Shown here in pieces: positions 16,769 through 25,832 of a stretch of 64,000 bases of DNA (the first letter of the stretch is position 1; each line of letters begins with the position of its first letter). A program made the translations under genes and the position numbers. The DNA is from an uncultured Gemmatimonadales bacterium. GTDB taxonomy: Bacteria > Gemmatimonadota > Gemmatimonadetes > Gemmatimonadales > GWC2-71-9. The stretch spans positions 536,864 through 600,863 of the forward strand of contig CAWCFX010000001.1 in the NCBI GenBank assembly GCA_963795085.1, written 5' to 3'. Below the pieces are notes generated by a model. The model was not told the origin of the DNA and did no database searches. It worked only from the letters and a program-made list of their open reading frames with translations.

Positions 16769-18157
16769 CTATGCCGACGGCTTCCGCCTAAGCTGTGGAT
16801 CCCCAGTGGGTTGGGGTCTGGACCCGGAAGGCTCCGACCGCTTCGGTTCGGCTCGCCTGGGCTCCGCGCGGGGGGCCGGATCCCGGCTCGGCTCGGCCCG
16901 GGGTGCGGGTTCCCGTCGCGGCTCGCTCCGCGGGGGCTCGGAGCGGCCCGGTTCCGACCGCCGGGGTTCCCCCCGGCGGGGTTCGCTCTGATCCCGGCTG
17001 GGAGAGGTCTCTCTCCTCGGCTCGGAGCGCCGCTCCGGCGGCGCGATGTCGGGGCCGCCCGGTTCCACCGGACGGAGGTTCTTCGTGGGCTCGGTCTCCC
17101 GCCGCCGGGGCTCTTCGTTCCCGCGGGGCTGGGGATTCTCCCGGGGCAGGACATTCGGGGGTTGCCCGCCGCCCTCGTCGGTCCGCCGCCGGGGAGTCCC
17201 CGCGTCGCGGCTGTCGCCACCAGTGGGCCGGGAACCGTCGTCTGCGGCTCGCCGTCCCCGCGGCTCCACCGGGGCCGGGATGCTGCCGCGGCCGCCCACG
17301 TCCGCGCTGGTCCGGTCGCGCTCCACCACCCGGCGGCCTTCATCGGCGGGACGCTGCCGTTCCCGGGTCACGTAGTCCCGACCGGGACCATGGTCCTTGA
17401 AGACATACCGGGGCCCGGGCCGGTAGGGCCGGACGATCACCACGTTGCGCCCCCGGTAGTGCCGGTAGGGGTAGTAGTAGTAATCGTCGTAGATCACGAT
17501 CCGGAAACGGTTGCACGAATAGTGGTACGGATTCCAGTAGGAGTAGCTGACGTAATTGTGGCAGTCGTAGCAGACGAACCGGGGATAGTCGTAGTGCTGA
17601 TCGACGTAATAAGGAACGATATCGTAGTCGTATTCGCCGGGGCCCGCGATCCGCGAAGCGAATTCGGTGAGACTTACGTACGGATCTCCCCGGACCCGGC
17701 CGTCGGCGATCAGCCGGTAGTCCCAGTGGTCACCCCGGATAAATTCATCGAACCGGAACGGGTCGGGGGACGACACGGCGAAGAGGTAGCCCACGCCGGG
17801 GTAGTCATCGATGGTGAAGGCGCGGTCGTTGCGGTCGAGGACTTCGAAGGTGCGGCCCCCCCGGGCGAAGTTGTCCTCCCAGGGTTCCCGGGGGAACAGC
17901 ACCCGGATCCGGCCGTCGGTATCCACCCGCAGCACCGCGATGTAGCCGTCGGTTTCGGCCTTGAAATACACCCGGGCCTGTTCGCCGCGCCGGTAGGGGT
18001 CCTCATCGCGGTTGGTCCAGACGCTGATGCGCTGACGTTCGGTCGCGCGGATCCAGCTGGCGATTCGCCCCAGTTCAAGGGGGCCGGGCGATGCGGCCGT
18101 CGGCGCGGACCCGGAGGGCCCAGCGACCAGCAGCAACCCGATGAATGGAGCGAACAT
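16769..18157 (-). CDS. secreted DUF4384-like protein with a Tyr/Cys-rich core and an Arg/Pro/Glu repeat tail
   Basis: Start at 18157 is preceded by GGAGGAGACA. Signal peptide MFAPFIGLLLVAG. DUF4384-like block GYIAVLRVDTDGRIRVLFP. The tail carries repeated SEPRR/EPRR units. Confidence 0.6.
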   Translation of the reverse strand: MFAPFIGLLLVAGPSGSAPTAASPGPLELGRIASWIRATERQRISVWTNRDEDPYRRGEQARVYFKAETDGYIAVLRVDTDGRIRVLFPREPWEDNFARGGRTFEVLDRNDRAFTIDDYPGVGYLFAVSSPDPFRFDEFIRGDHWDYRLIADGRVRGDPYVSLTEFASRIAGPGEYDYDIVPYYVDQHYDYPRFVCYDCHNYVSYSYWNPYHYSCNRFRIVIYDDYYYYPYRHYRGRNVVIVRPYRPGPRYVFKDHGPGRDYVTRERQRPADEGRRVVERDRTSADVGGRGSIPAPVEPRGRRAADDGSRPTGGDSRDAGTPRRRTDEGGGQPPNVLPRENPQPRGNEEPRRRETEPTKNLRPVEPGGPDIAPPERRSEPRRETSPSRDQSEPRRGEPRRSEPGRSEPPRSEPRREPAPRAEPSRDPAPRAEPRRAEPKRSEPSGSRPQPTGDPQLRRKPSA

Positions 18158-18355
18158 TGTCTCCTCCGAAGGAAAAACGGCGAGGTACCCGCCTCGATTG
18201 CAGACCATGTGCCATGCATCCCAGAATCTCAAGCCATTGTGCCACCGGGAGTTGGACGTTTTCACCGGGCTGGCCTCCCATCCGCGATGTGTCCCGGGAT
18301 GGGGACAGGTGACCGCGTTGACTTGCACCCCTTTCTCTCAATACGTTGCGCCCGA

Positions 18356-19282
18356 ATGAACCGACCTGTCAGCGCGCCGGGCCTGTCCCGGGTGGATCTG
18401 CTTGACCCCCTGGAGGTCTCCCGTCTCGGGGGGCTGGAACTGGTGTCCCAGGGAATCGTAGAAGGGTTCCTGGCCGGCCTCCACCGGTCCCCCCGGCGGG
18501 GATTCTCGGTCGAGTTCGCCGAGCACCGCATGTATCAGCCGGGAGACGAACTGCGCTACGTGGACTGGAAGATCCTGGGCCGCAACGACCGCCTCTACGT
18601 GAAGCAGTTCGAAGAAGAGACCAACCTGCGGGCCATGATCGTCACCGACATCAGCCGCTCCATGGCCTGGAGCGGCGCCCCGGAAACCACCCTCACCAAA
18701 CTGGATTACACCCGGCGGCTGGTCGCCGCTCTCAGCCTGTTGCTGCTGCGCCAGCGGGACGCCACCGGGCTGATCACCTTCGATGACGAGGTCCGCTCGG
18801 TGACCCCGGCCCGGGCCCGGCTGAGCCACTGGCGAACCATCCTGGGGGTGCTCGAGACGCTCAAGCCGGGGGAGGGGACGGCCGCCGAGCCGGCCCTCCG
18901 GCGGGTGATGGGCCGGCTCCGGCGCCGGGGGCTCGTCGTCTTCATTTCCGACCTCCTGCTGGATCGCAGCACCGCACTCCACGCCCTCCAGTTTCTCCGG
19001 CACCGCGGCCACCAGGTGATGGTCTTTCACATCATGGACCCCGCGGAAGTAAACCTCGACGGGCCGGCGGAGGCTCGCTTCGAGGACCCGGAGACCCGGG
19101 CGACCATCACCCTCCGCCCCAAGGACTGGGCCGAGGTGTACCGGGAGACGGTCGCGGGGGTCGTGGGCGAGTGGTACAAGGCCTGTCGCAGCCGGGGCAT
19201 CCACTATCATCGGGTCACCACCGACACCCCGTTCGGCATCGCCCTCCGCCGCGCGCTGGCCCAGCCGGCGGGGATTACGTGA
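18356..19282 (+). CDS. DUF58 (vWA-like, MoxR-associated type) protein
   Basis: C-terminal part of ORF 16544..19282, starting at MNRPVSAP. Contains YQPGDELRYVDWKILGRNDRLYVKQFEEE, the hallmark DUF58 block from memory. Confidence 0.8.
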   Translation: MNRPVSAPGLSRVDLLDPLEVSRLGGLELVSQGIVEGFLAGLHRSPRRGFSVEFAEHRMYQPGDELRYVDWKILGRNDRLYVKQFEEETNLRAMIVTDISRSMAWSGAPETTLTKLDYTRRLVAALSLLLLRQRDATGLITFDDEVRSVTPARARLSHWRTILGVLETLKPGEGTAAEPALRRVMGRLRRRGLVVFISDLLLDRSTALHALQFLRHRGHQVMVFHIMDPAEVNLDGPAEARFEDPETRATITLRPKDWAEVYRETVAGVVGEWYKACRSRGIHYHRVTTDTPFGIALRRALAQPAGIT

Positions 19283-21063
19283 TTTCCTTTCTCCATCCTT
19301 GGGTACTGGCGGGACTGCTGGCCGCCGGGATTCCCATTCTCCTGCACCTTATCCAGCGCCGGCAGCCCCCGGTCGTCGTCTTCCCCGCCGTTCGCTACCT
19401 GGTGGATACCACCCGGGAGCACCAGAAACGGCTGAAGCTGCGCAACTGGCTGCTGCTCATCATCCGGACCCTGCTCATCATCCTGCTGGTGCTGGCCGCG
19501 GCGGGGCCGACGGCGCCCATCTCCGGCGCGCCCGGACATTCTCCGGCTGCCCTGGTTCTGATCCTGGACAACAGTCTCAGCAGCGGGGCGGTGGTAGAGG
19601 GCACCTCCCGGCTGGACAGCTTCCGCCGCGCCGCCGGCCGGATACTGGACCGGGCCACCGCCGAGGACAGGCTCTGGCTGGTGCTGGCCGACGGTGTGCC
19701 TCGGCGGGGCGACCGCACCCGGCTCACCCAACTGGTGGATAGCGCGGAAGCCACGGCCAGCCGGCTCGACCTGGGCCAGGCGATTCGCGACGCCGACATG
19801 GTCCTGGCTAACCAGGAGCTGCCCGGTGAGATCATCCTGGTCAGCGACCTCCAGGCGTCGGCGGTGACCGCGGCGGAGGTCACTCATCCGCTGCTGGTGG
19901 TGCGGCCTGAAGGACCCGTCAGCCGGAACCTGGGCCTGGCCGCGATCGACCCCGGTCCCCAGCCCTGGTCGCTCTCCGGGTCCCGCGCCACCGTCCGCGT
20001 GATGGGAGATTCGTCGCTTTCCATCCCGGTGGCCGTCCGTCTTGGCGAGCGACCGCCCCGGCAGGCCCTCGTCCGCCCGGGAATGCCGGCGTCGGTGCCG
20101 CTCACCGGCGGGGCCGCCGGCTGGTGGCCCATTCACGCCGAGTTGGACCCCGATGAGTTGCTCAAGGACAACGCGCGGACCGGCGTCGTCCGGGTGGCCC
20201 CGGTGGCCGGCGTCTCCTGGCCGGCCGACCTCAGGTACCTCGGCGCGGCCGCCGAGGTTCTGCTCTCCAATGGGCGGATCTCCCGGGGGGCCGAGGTGAT
20301 GCTGGGGCGGCTGGGACCGGGGTTTTCCATCCTGGAGCCGCCCGCCGACCCGGCCCAGTTGGGCGCGATCAACCGGAGCCTGGACCAGCGCGGTGTGGGC
20401 TGGCGGTACGGGCGGCTGATCCAGGCCAGCATCATCTCCGACAGCGGTCCGCTGGTCGGGCGGGAGCGGATCGAGCGGCGATATACCCTGGAACCGGTCG
20501 GCAGCGGCCGGACCGGCGTCATCGCCACAGCCGGGGGCGCGCCCTGGATCGTCCGGGGAGGCGACGTCGTTCTCCTCGGCAGCCGGCTCGATCCCGAGTG
20601 GACCGCCTTGCCGCTTTCGGCGGCTTTCATGCCCTTCATGGACGCGCTGCTCAACCGGGTGGCCCGGGGCGAGATCACCCTGGCGGAAGGCTATCCCGAC
20701 ACCCCGGTTACTCTGCCCGACCGGGTGACCGGGGTGTCAGCCGGCGAACGCCGGTGGACGGTTGAAGGCGGGGCGCCTTTCCGTACGGCCCAGCCCGGTA
20801 TTCATTTCCTGCTTGCCGGGCGGGATACCATTGGCGCCCTGGCGGTCAACTTCGACCCGCGAGAATCTCTGCTGGAGCCCGTGACCGACGATGCCGTGAA
20901 GGACCTCTGGGACGGGGTGGCCCTCGCCAGCCTCGATGAAGGACCGTCGCGCGCCTTTTCCCTTGGCATCCGATCCGACCTGCGCGGTCCCCTGCTCTGG
21001 GCGGTGCTGGCCCTGGGACTGGCGGAAGTCCTGCTGGCGAGCGTCTGGCGCAAATCGGCGTGA
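19279..21063 (+). CDS. BatA-N (aerotolerance-operon type) double-TM membrane protein
   Basis: GTG start at 19279 forms a GTGA overlap with the DUF58 stop. The N-terminus ISFLHPWVLAGLLAAGIPILLHLIQRR is typical of the BatA N-terminal domain. There is a C-terminal TM helix. Confidence 0.65.
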   Translation: MISFLHPWVLAGLLAAGIPILLHLIQRRQPPVVVFPAVRYLVDTTREHQKRLKLRNWLLLIIRTLLIILLVLAAAGPTAPISGAPGHSPAALVLILDNSLSSGAVVEGTSRLDSFRRAAGRILDRATAEDRLWLVLADGVPRRGDRTRLTQLVDSAEATASRLDLGQAIRDADMVLANQELPGEIILVSDLQASAVTAAEVTHPLLVVRPEGPVSRNLGLAAIDPGPQPWSLSGSRATVRVMGDSSLSIPVAVRLGERPPRQALVRPGMPASVPLTGGAAGWWPIHAELDPDELLKDNARTGVVRVAPVAGVSWPADLRYLGAAAEVLLSNGRISRGAEVMLGRLGPGFSILEPPADPAQLGAINRSLDQRGVGWRYGRLIQASIISDSGPLVGRERIERRYTLEPVGSGRTGVIATAGGAPWIVRGGDVVLLGSRLDPEWTALPLSAAFMPFMDALLNRVARGEITLAEGYPDTPVTLPDRVTGVSAGERRWTVEGGAPFRTAQPGIHFLLAGRDTIGALAVNFDPRESLLEPVTDDAVKDLWDGVALASLDEGPSRAFSLGIRSDLRGPLLWAVLALGLAEVLLASVWRKSA

Positions 21064-24000
21064 GTCTCCACTCGATTCTCGATGCGCTCGGCCGGACCCG
21101 CACGGCGCAGGACCTGCTCACCAGGCTACCCGGACGAGGATCTTCCCTGACCCTGGGCGGGTTGCCGGGGTCGAGCGGGGCCGTCACCGTGGCCTGGATC
21201 GCCCGCGCCCTCCCCCAGCGCCTGCTCACCGTGGTGGCGCCGACGCCCGCCGAAGCCGAACGCTGGCTGAGCGACCTGCAGCCGCTGACCACCGCCGGGG
21301 TCGCCCTCTACCCCCAGCGGGAGAGCCTGGGCGAAGAAGAACCCCACTACGAAATCGCCGGAGAGCGGGTCGAGACGCTGGAGGCGCTGCTGGGAGGGAA
21401 ACTTCGCATCCTGGTGACGACGGCGCGGGCTACCGCGGAACGGACCCGGGTGCCGGCGGCGCTGGCCGCAATGCGGCTGGTCCTCAGGGCGGGGGAGCGT
21501 CGGCCGCTCACCGACGTCGCCCACTCGCTGGAGCGGATGGGCTACCGGCGGGTGCCGACGGTCACCGAGGTGGCCGAGTTCAGCGTGCGGGGCGGCATCA
21601 TTGACGTGTACGGGTTCGGCATGGGCGAGGCGGCCCGTTGCGAGTGGTGGGGGGACGAACTCAACTCGCTCTGGGTATTCGACCTGACCAGCCAGCGCTC
21701 GTTGCAGCAGATCGACGAAATCACCATCCTGCCCGTTTCCCCGCCCGATCCCGCCGAGCCCGAAGTCACCGGTTTCACCGCCGCCCGGCAGACCCTGCTG
21801 GAGCTGCTGCCCTCCGACACCCTCCTGGTGGAGGAGGCCATGGGCCCGGACCGGGATGAAGTGGAACGGGCCTGGCGGGAGGCCGAGCATCACCTGGACG
21901 TGGCGCGCCGGCTGGGGGAAGACGTGCCCTCGCGCGACGCGTTGTTCGAGGAACCGGACCAGTGGCGGCGCCGGCTGGAAGCCTTCGGCCGGCTGATCCT
22001 GGGGGAGGCGCTGCCGGACCTGCAGATGGGGTTTCTGCCGCCCGAAAAGATCGACCGCAATCTGAACCGCCTGCGCGCGGTGCTCGGCTCCGAACAGCCC
22101 ACCCTCATTCTCTGCGACAACGAAGGCCAGCTGGAGCGGCTCGATGAACTGCTCAACGAAGGCGGCCGCGGCGGCATCCACGCCACCCTCGTCATAGGAA
22201 GCCTCGATGGCGGGTTCGTGCTGCCGGGCCTCCGGGTCCTGACCGACCACGAGATCTTCCGGCGGGCCCGCCGGCTCCGCCGCTCCCGCCGTTACCGGCA
22301 GGCGGCGCCTTCGTCCGCGACCGGGGCGCTGACGGTGGGCGACTACGTGGTACACCTCGATCATGGGATTGGGATCTACCGCGGCATCGGCAGCGTCACG
22401 GTCGGCGGGGGGATTCTCGAGGTGGCCATCGTCGAATACGAGGGCGGCGACCGGCTCAATGTCCCCCTGTACCGGCTGGACCAGCTGGAACGGTACCGGG
22501 CCGCGGGGGACGACGGCGACCGGCCCCCGCCCCGGCTCCACCGGCTGGGCGGCCACAGCTGGCAGCGGGTCCGGGAGCGCACCCGGGAAGCCATCAAGGC
22601 CATGGCAGCCGAACTGCTCGACCTCTACGCCCGCCGGCAGGTGAGCGCCGGCTATCCCTTCCCGCCGGATACCCGCTGGCAACGGGAGCTGGAATCGAGC
22701 TTCCTGTACGAAGACACGCCCGACCAGGTCAAGGCCACCGAACAGGTCAAGCAGGACATGGAACAGCCCAAGCCGATGGACCGGCTCCTGGTGGGGGACG
22801 TGGGCTACGGCAAGACCGAGATCGCGGTGCGGGCGGCGTTCAAGGCGGTGCAGGGGGGCAAACAGGCCGCGGTGCTGGTCCCGACCACCATCCTGGCCGA
22901 GCAGCACGGCCGCACCTTCATCGAGCGGTTGGTGGATTACCCGGTCAAGATCGAAGTCCTCTCCCGGTTCCGGACCGCGCGGGAGCAGAAACAGGCAGTT
23001 GCCCGGCTGGCGACCGGCGCGACCGACATCATCATCGGCACCCACCGGCTGTTGTCCCGGGACGTCGTGTTCAAGGACCTGGGAATCCTGGTGGTGGACG
23101 AGGAGCACCGCTTCGGGGTCAAGCACAAGGAGCGGCTCAAGGAACTGCGGCTCTCGGTGGATGTCCTGACCCTGACCGCCACCCCGATTCCCCGGACCCT
23201 GCATCTCTCGCTGGCCGGGCTCCGCGACCTGACCCTGCTGGAGACCGCTCCCCGCGACCGCTCTCCGATCCTGACGTTCGTGGAGCCGTGGGACGATGGC
23301 CTGCTGGAAGAGGCCTTCGCGCGGGAGCTGGACCGGGGCGGCCAGGTATTCGTGGTGCATAACCGGATCGAAACCATTGATACCATCGCCGCGAGGGTGC
23401 GGGCCCTGGCGCCGCGGGCGAAGGTGGGGGTCGCCCATGGCCAGATGGCGGCCGATGACCTGGAGCAGGTGATGCGCGGGTTCGTGGCCGGCGAGGTGGA
23501 CATCCTGGTCTCCACGATGATCGTGGAATCGGGCCTCGACGTGCCCAACGCCAATACGATGGTCGTCCACGATGCCCACCGGTTCGGTCTGGCCCAACTG
23601 TACCAGCTTCGGGGCCGGGTGGGCCGCAGCCACCGGAGGGCGTATTGCTACCTGCTGGCGTCCGACCAGACCTCGCCGGAAGCGGAAGACCGGCTCAAGA
23701 TCCTGGAGCATCATACCGACCTGGGCAGCGGCTACCGGATCGCGCTCAAGGACCTGGAGATCCGGGGCGCGGGCAACATGCTGGGGTCGGAACAGTCGGG
23801 ACATGCCCACGCGGTCGGCTTCGACCTGTACCTGCGCTGGCTGGAGGAGACGGTGATCGCGCTCCGGGGCCAGGGCAAGGTGGAGCACCCGGCCCCGCCG
23901 GACGTGGTGCTGGACCGCCCGGCTCATCTTCCCGAAGGCTACGTGCCGGACGACGAGATCAAGCTGGACCTGTACCGCCGACTGGCGCGAGCCTCGTCGT

Positions 24001-24329
24001 CAGGCGAGATTGATGAGTTGCGCGCGGAAATGCGGGAGCGGTTCGGACCCCTCCCGGAGGAAGCGGAAAACCTGCTTCACATGGCCCGCCTGCGGGTTCT
24101 CGGTGCGTCAATGGGATTGCAGCACGTCCTCATCCGGGGCGACGAGGCCCGCCTGACCTTCCGGCAGGGGGCGACCCCCCGGCTGGCGGGCCTGACCCGC
24201 GCCCTGGACGACGTGCAGCTCTCGGCCGAGGTCCGGCGCACGGTGCCGCTGTCCATGCGGCTGCTCCGGCTGGGGGGCGAGGCGATGGTACCGGCGCTGG
24301 CGCGGGCGCTGGCCGCCGGCAGCCAGTAG
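21060..24329 (+). CDS. mfd: transcription-repair coupling factor Mfd
   Basis: 1089 aa with UvrB-homology, CarD-like (VGDYVVHLDHGIG), SF2 helicase (GDVGYGKTE, DEEHRFG) and TRCF domains. Confidence 0.95.
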   Translation: MSLHSILDALGRTRTAQDLLTRLPGRGSSLTLGGLPGSSGAVTVAWIARALPQRLLTVVAPTPAEAERWLSDLQPLTTAGVALYPQRESLGEEEPHYEIAGERVETLEALLGGKLRILVTTARATAERTRVPAALAAMRLVLRAGERRPLTDVAHSLERMGYRRVPTVTEVAEFSVRGGIIDVYGFGMGEAARCEWWGDELNSLWVFDLTSQRSLQQIDEITILPVSPPDPAEPEVTGFTAARQTLLELLPSDTLLVEEAMGPDRDEVERAWREAEHHLDVARRLGEDVPSRDALFEEPDQWRRRLEAFGRLILGEALPDLQMGFLPPEKIDRNLNRLRAVLGSEQPTLILCDNEGQLERLDELLNEGGRGGIHATLVIGSLDGGFVLPGLRVLTDHEIFRRARRLRRSRRYRQAAPSSATGALTVGDYVVHLDHGIGIYRGIGSVTVGGGILEVAIVEYEGGDRLNVPLYRLDQLERYRAAGDDGDRPPPRLHRLGGHSWQRVRERTREAIKAMAAELLDLYARRQVSAGYPFPPDTRWQRELESSFLYEDTPDQVKATEQVKQDMEQPKPMDRLLVGDVGYGKTEIAVRAAFKAVQGGKQAAVLVPTTILAEQHGRTFIERLVDYPVKIEVLSRFRTAREQKQAVARLATGATDIIIGTHRLLSRDVVFKDLGILVVDEEHRFGVKHKERLKELRLSVDVLTLTATPIPRTLHLSLAGLRDLTLLETAPRDRSPILTFVEPWDDGLLEEAFARELDRGGQVFVVHNRIETIDTIAARVRALAPRAKVGVAHGQMAADDLEQVMRGFVAGEVDILVSTMIVESGLDVPNANTMVVHDAHRFGLAQLYQLRGRVGRSHRRAYCYLLASDQTSPEAEDRLKILEHHTDLGSGYRIALKDLEIRGAGNMLGSEQSGHAHAVGFDLYLRWLEETVIALRGQGKVEHPAPPDVVLDRPAHLPEGYVPDDEIKLDLYRRLARASSSGEIDELRAEMRERFGPLPEEAENLLHMARLRVLGASMGLQHVLIRGDEARLTFRQGATPRLAGLTRALDDVQLSAEVRRTVPLSMRLLRLGGEAMVPALARALAAGSQ

Positions 24330-24383
24330 CCGTTCAACCTGCAATCTGACATCCGCAATCTGAAATCTCACTTGGGGGAGCGA

Positions 24384-25832
24384 ATGCGTAAGGCGTGGCT
24401 GGTCATTGGTCTGGCGGGAGTGCTGGGGTGCAACAGTTTCCGGGATCTCTTCTCGGCGCATGCCGATAGGGCCGCCGAAGCGGCGGGCCAGGAACTGTCA
24501 TCGGAGCGGCTGGCCGAAATCATGGGACAGACGAAGGGCGTTCCGATCACCCGGGAGGCGGCCGAGTTCGTCGCCAACGTGTGGGTGGATTACACCCTCT
24601 TCTCCCAGGCGCTGGCCCGGGGGACCAACCTCAGCGACTCCTTGACCATCGCCGAGACGATGTGGCCCCAGATCGCCCAGGTGAAGGGCGACCGGTGGTT
24701 CGACACGGTGCTGACCCGGCGCCTCGAGCTCCCCGACGGCGCGGTGGACAGCCTCTACAACGCCGGGCAGTTGCGGCTGGTCCAGCACATTCTCTACACT
24801 GTTCCCCAGGGGTCCGGCGAGGAGGAGCGGGTGGCCGCCGAGCGGAAGGCGAACGCCGCCCTGGCGCGGATCCGGGGCGGGGCTGATTTCGGTGCCGTCG
24901 CCCTGGTCGAGAGCCAGGACTTCCAGAGCGCCCGGGACAGCGGCTTCCTTCCTCCGTCACCCCGGGGCGCCTGGGTCACCTCGGTGGACAGCGCCATCTG
25001 GAGCCTGTCGCCCGGGGGGGTCAGCGGGCTGGTAGAATCGCCCTACGGCTACCACCTCATCCGGCGGCCCACCGCCGCCGCCGTGCGGACCCGGCTGGAG
25101 GCCTACCTGGAGGGCCAGGAGACCAACCAGCTGGATTCGCTGTATCGCGATTCCATCGCCCAGGCCCGCGGCCTCAAGCTCTCCGGCTCGGCGGTCACCC
25201 TGATGCGGGGAGCCATCGCCGACCCCGAGACCCAGCGCAATTCCTCCAAGAAGATCGTCGAGTTCCGCGGCGGCGGGTTCACGGTGGGCGATTTCCTGCG
25301 CTGGGTCTTCGCGCTGCCGCCCCAGTTCGTCCAGCAGCTCAAGGGCGCCACCGACGACCAACTGAAAGAAGTCGCCACCCTGTTTGCCCAGAACACCATC
25401 CTGCTGATGCAGGCGGACTCGGCGGGGATCCAACTGACCCCGGTCGAGTGGCAGGGATTGCAGATGCAGCACCGCGCGGGGATCGACACCCTTCGGTTCA
25501 GCCTGGGCCTCGGGTTCGAGATCAGCGATAGCAGCGTCGCGGTTTCGGAGCGGAGCAAGCTGGCCGCGCTCCGGCTCGATACCTACTTCAATGACCTGGT
25601 CAGCGGCCGGACCCGGGTTCGCCCGATCCCTGCCACCCTGTCTTCCTTTCTCCGGCGGGAGGGCTCCTACGAGATCAACGATGCCGGTCTCCTTCGGGCC
25701 GTCGAGATCGCCCAGGGCAAGCAGCGCGCGGATTCAGCGGCGTCCGCCGATTCGTTGGCCCGGCCGGCGGTACCGGCGCCCCAGCTGCGGGATTCCGCGG
25801 CGGTTCCGCCCCGTCCCGGTGCCCAGCCATGA
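24384..25832 (+). CDS. parvulin-type peptidyl-prolyl isomerase lipoprotein (PpiD/SurA-like)
   Basis: Lipobox LAGVLGC and a rotamase block ending SPYGYHLIRR. The ATG at 24384 is preceded by GGGGAG; the ORF-track TTG at 24372 is an alternative start. Confidence 0.7.
   Translation: MRKAWLVIGLAGVLGCNSFRDLFSAHADRAAEAAGQELSSERLAEIMGQTKGVPITREAAEFVANVWVDYTLFSQALARGTNLSDSLTIAETMWPQIAQVKGDRWFDTVLTRRLELPDGAVDSLYNAGQLRLVQHILYTVPQGSGEEERVAAERKANAALARIRGGADFGAVALVESQDFQSARDSGFLPPSPRGAWVTSVDSAIWSLSPGGVSGLVESPYGYHLIRRPTAAAVRTRLEAYLEGQETNQLDSLYRDSIAQARGLKLSGSAVTLMRGAIADPETQRNSSKKIVEFRGGGFTVGDFLRWVFALPPQFVQQLKGATDDQLKEVATLFAQNTILLMQADSAGIQLTPVEWQGLQMQHRAGIDTLRFSLGLGFEISDSSVAVSERSKLAALRLDTYFNDLVSGRTRVRPIPATLSSFLRREGSYEINDAGLLRAVEIAQGKQRADSAASADSLARPAVPAPQLRDSAAVPPRPGAQP

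Noticed and set aside
16544-19282. A 912-aa ORF on the plus strand spanning the M28 and DUF4384 region.
   Set aside because: Only the last 308 aa (from 18356) are DUF58-like. The upstream 600 aa are low-complexity sequence antisense to well-supported minus-strand genes.
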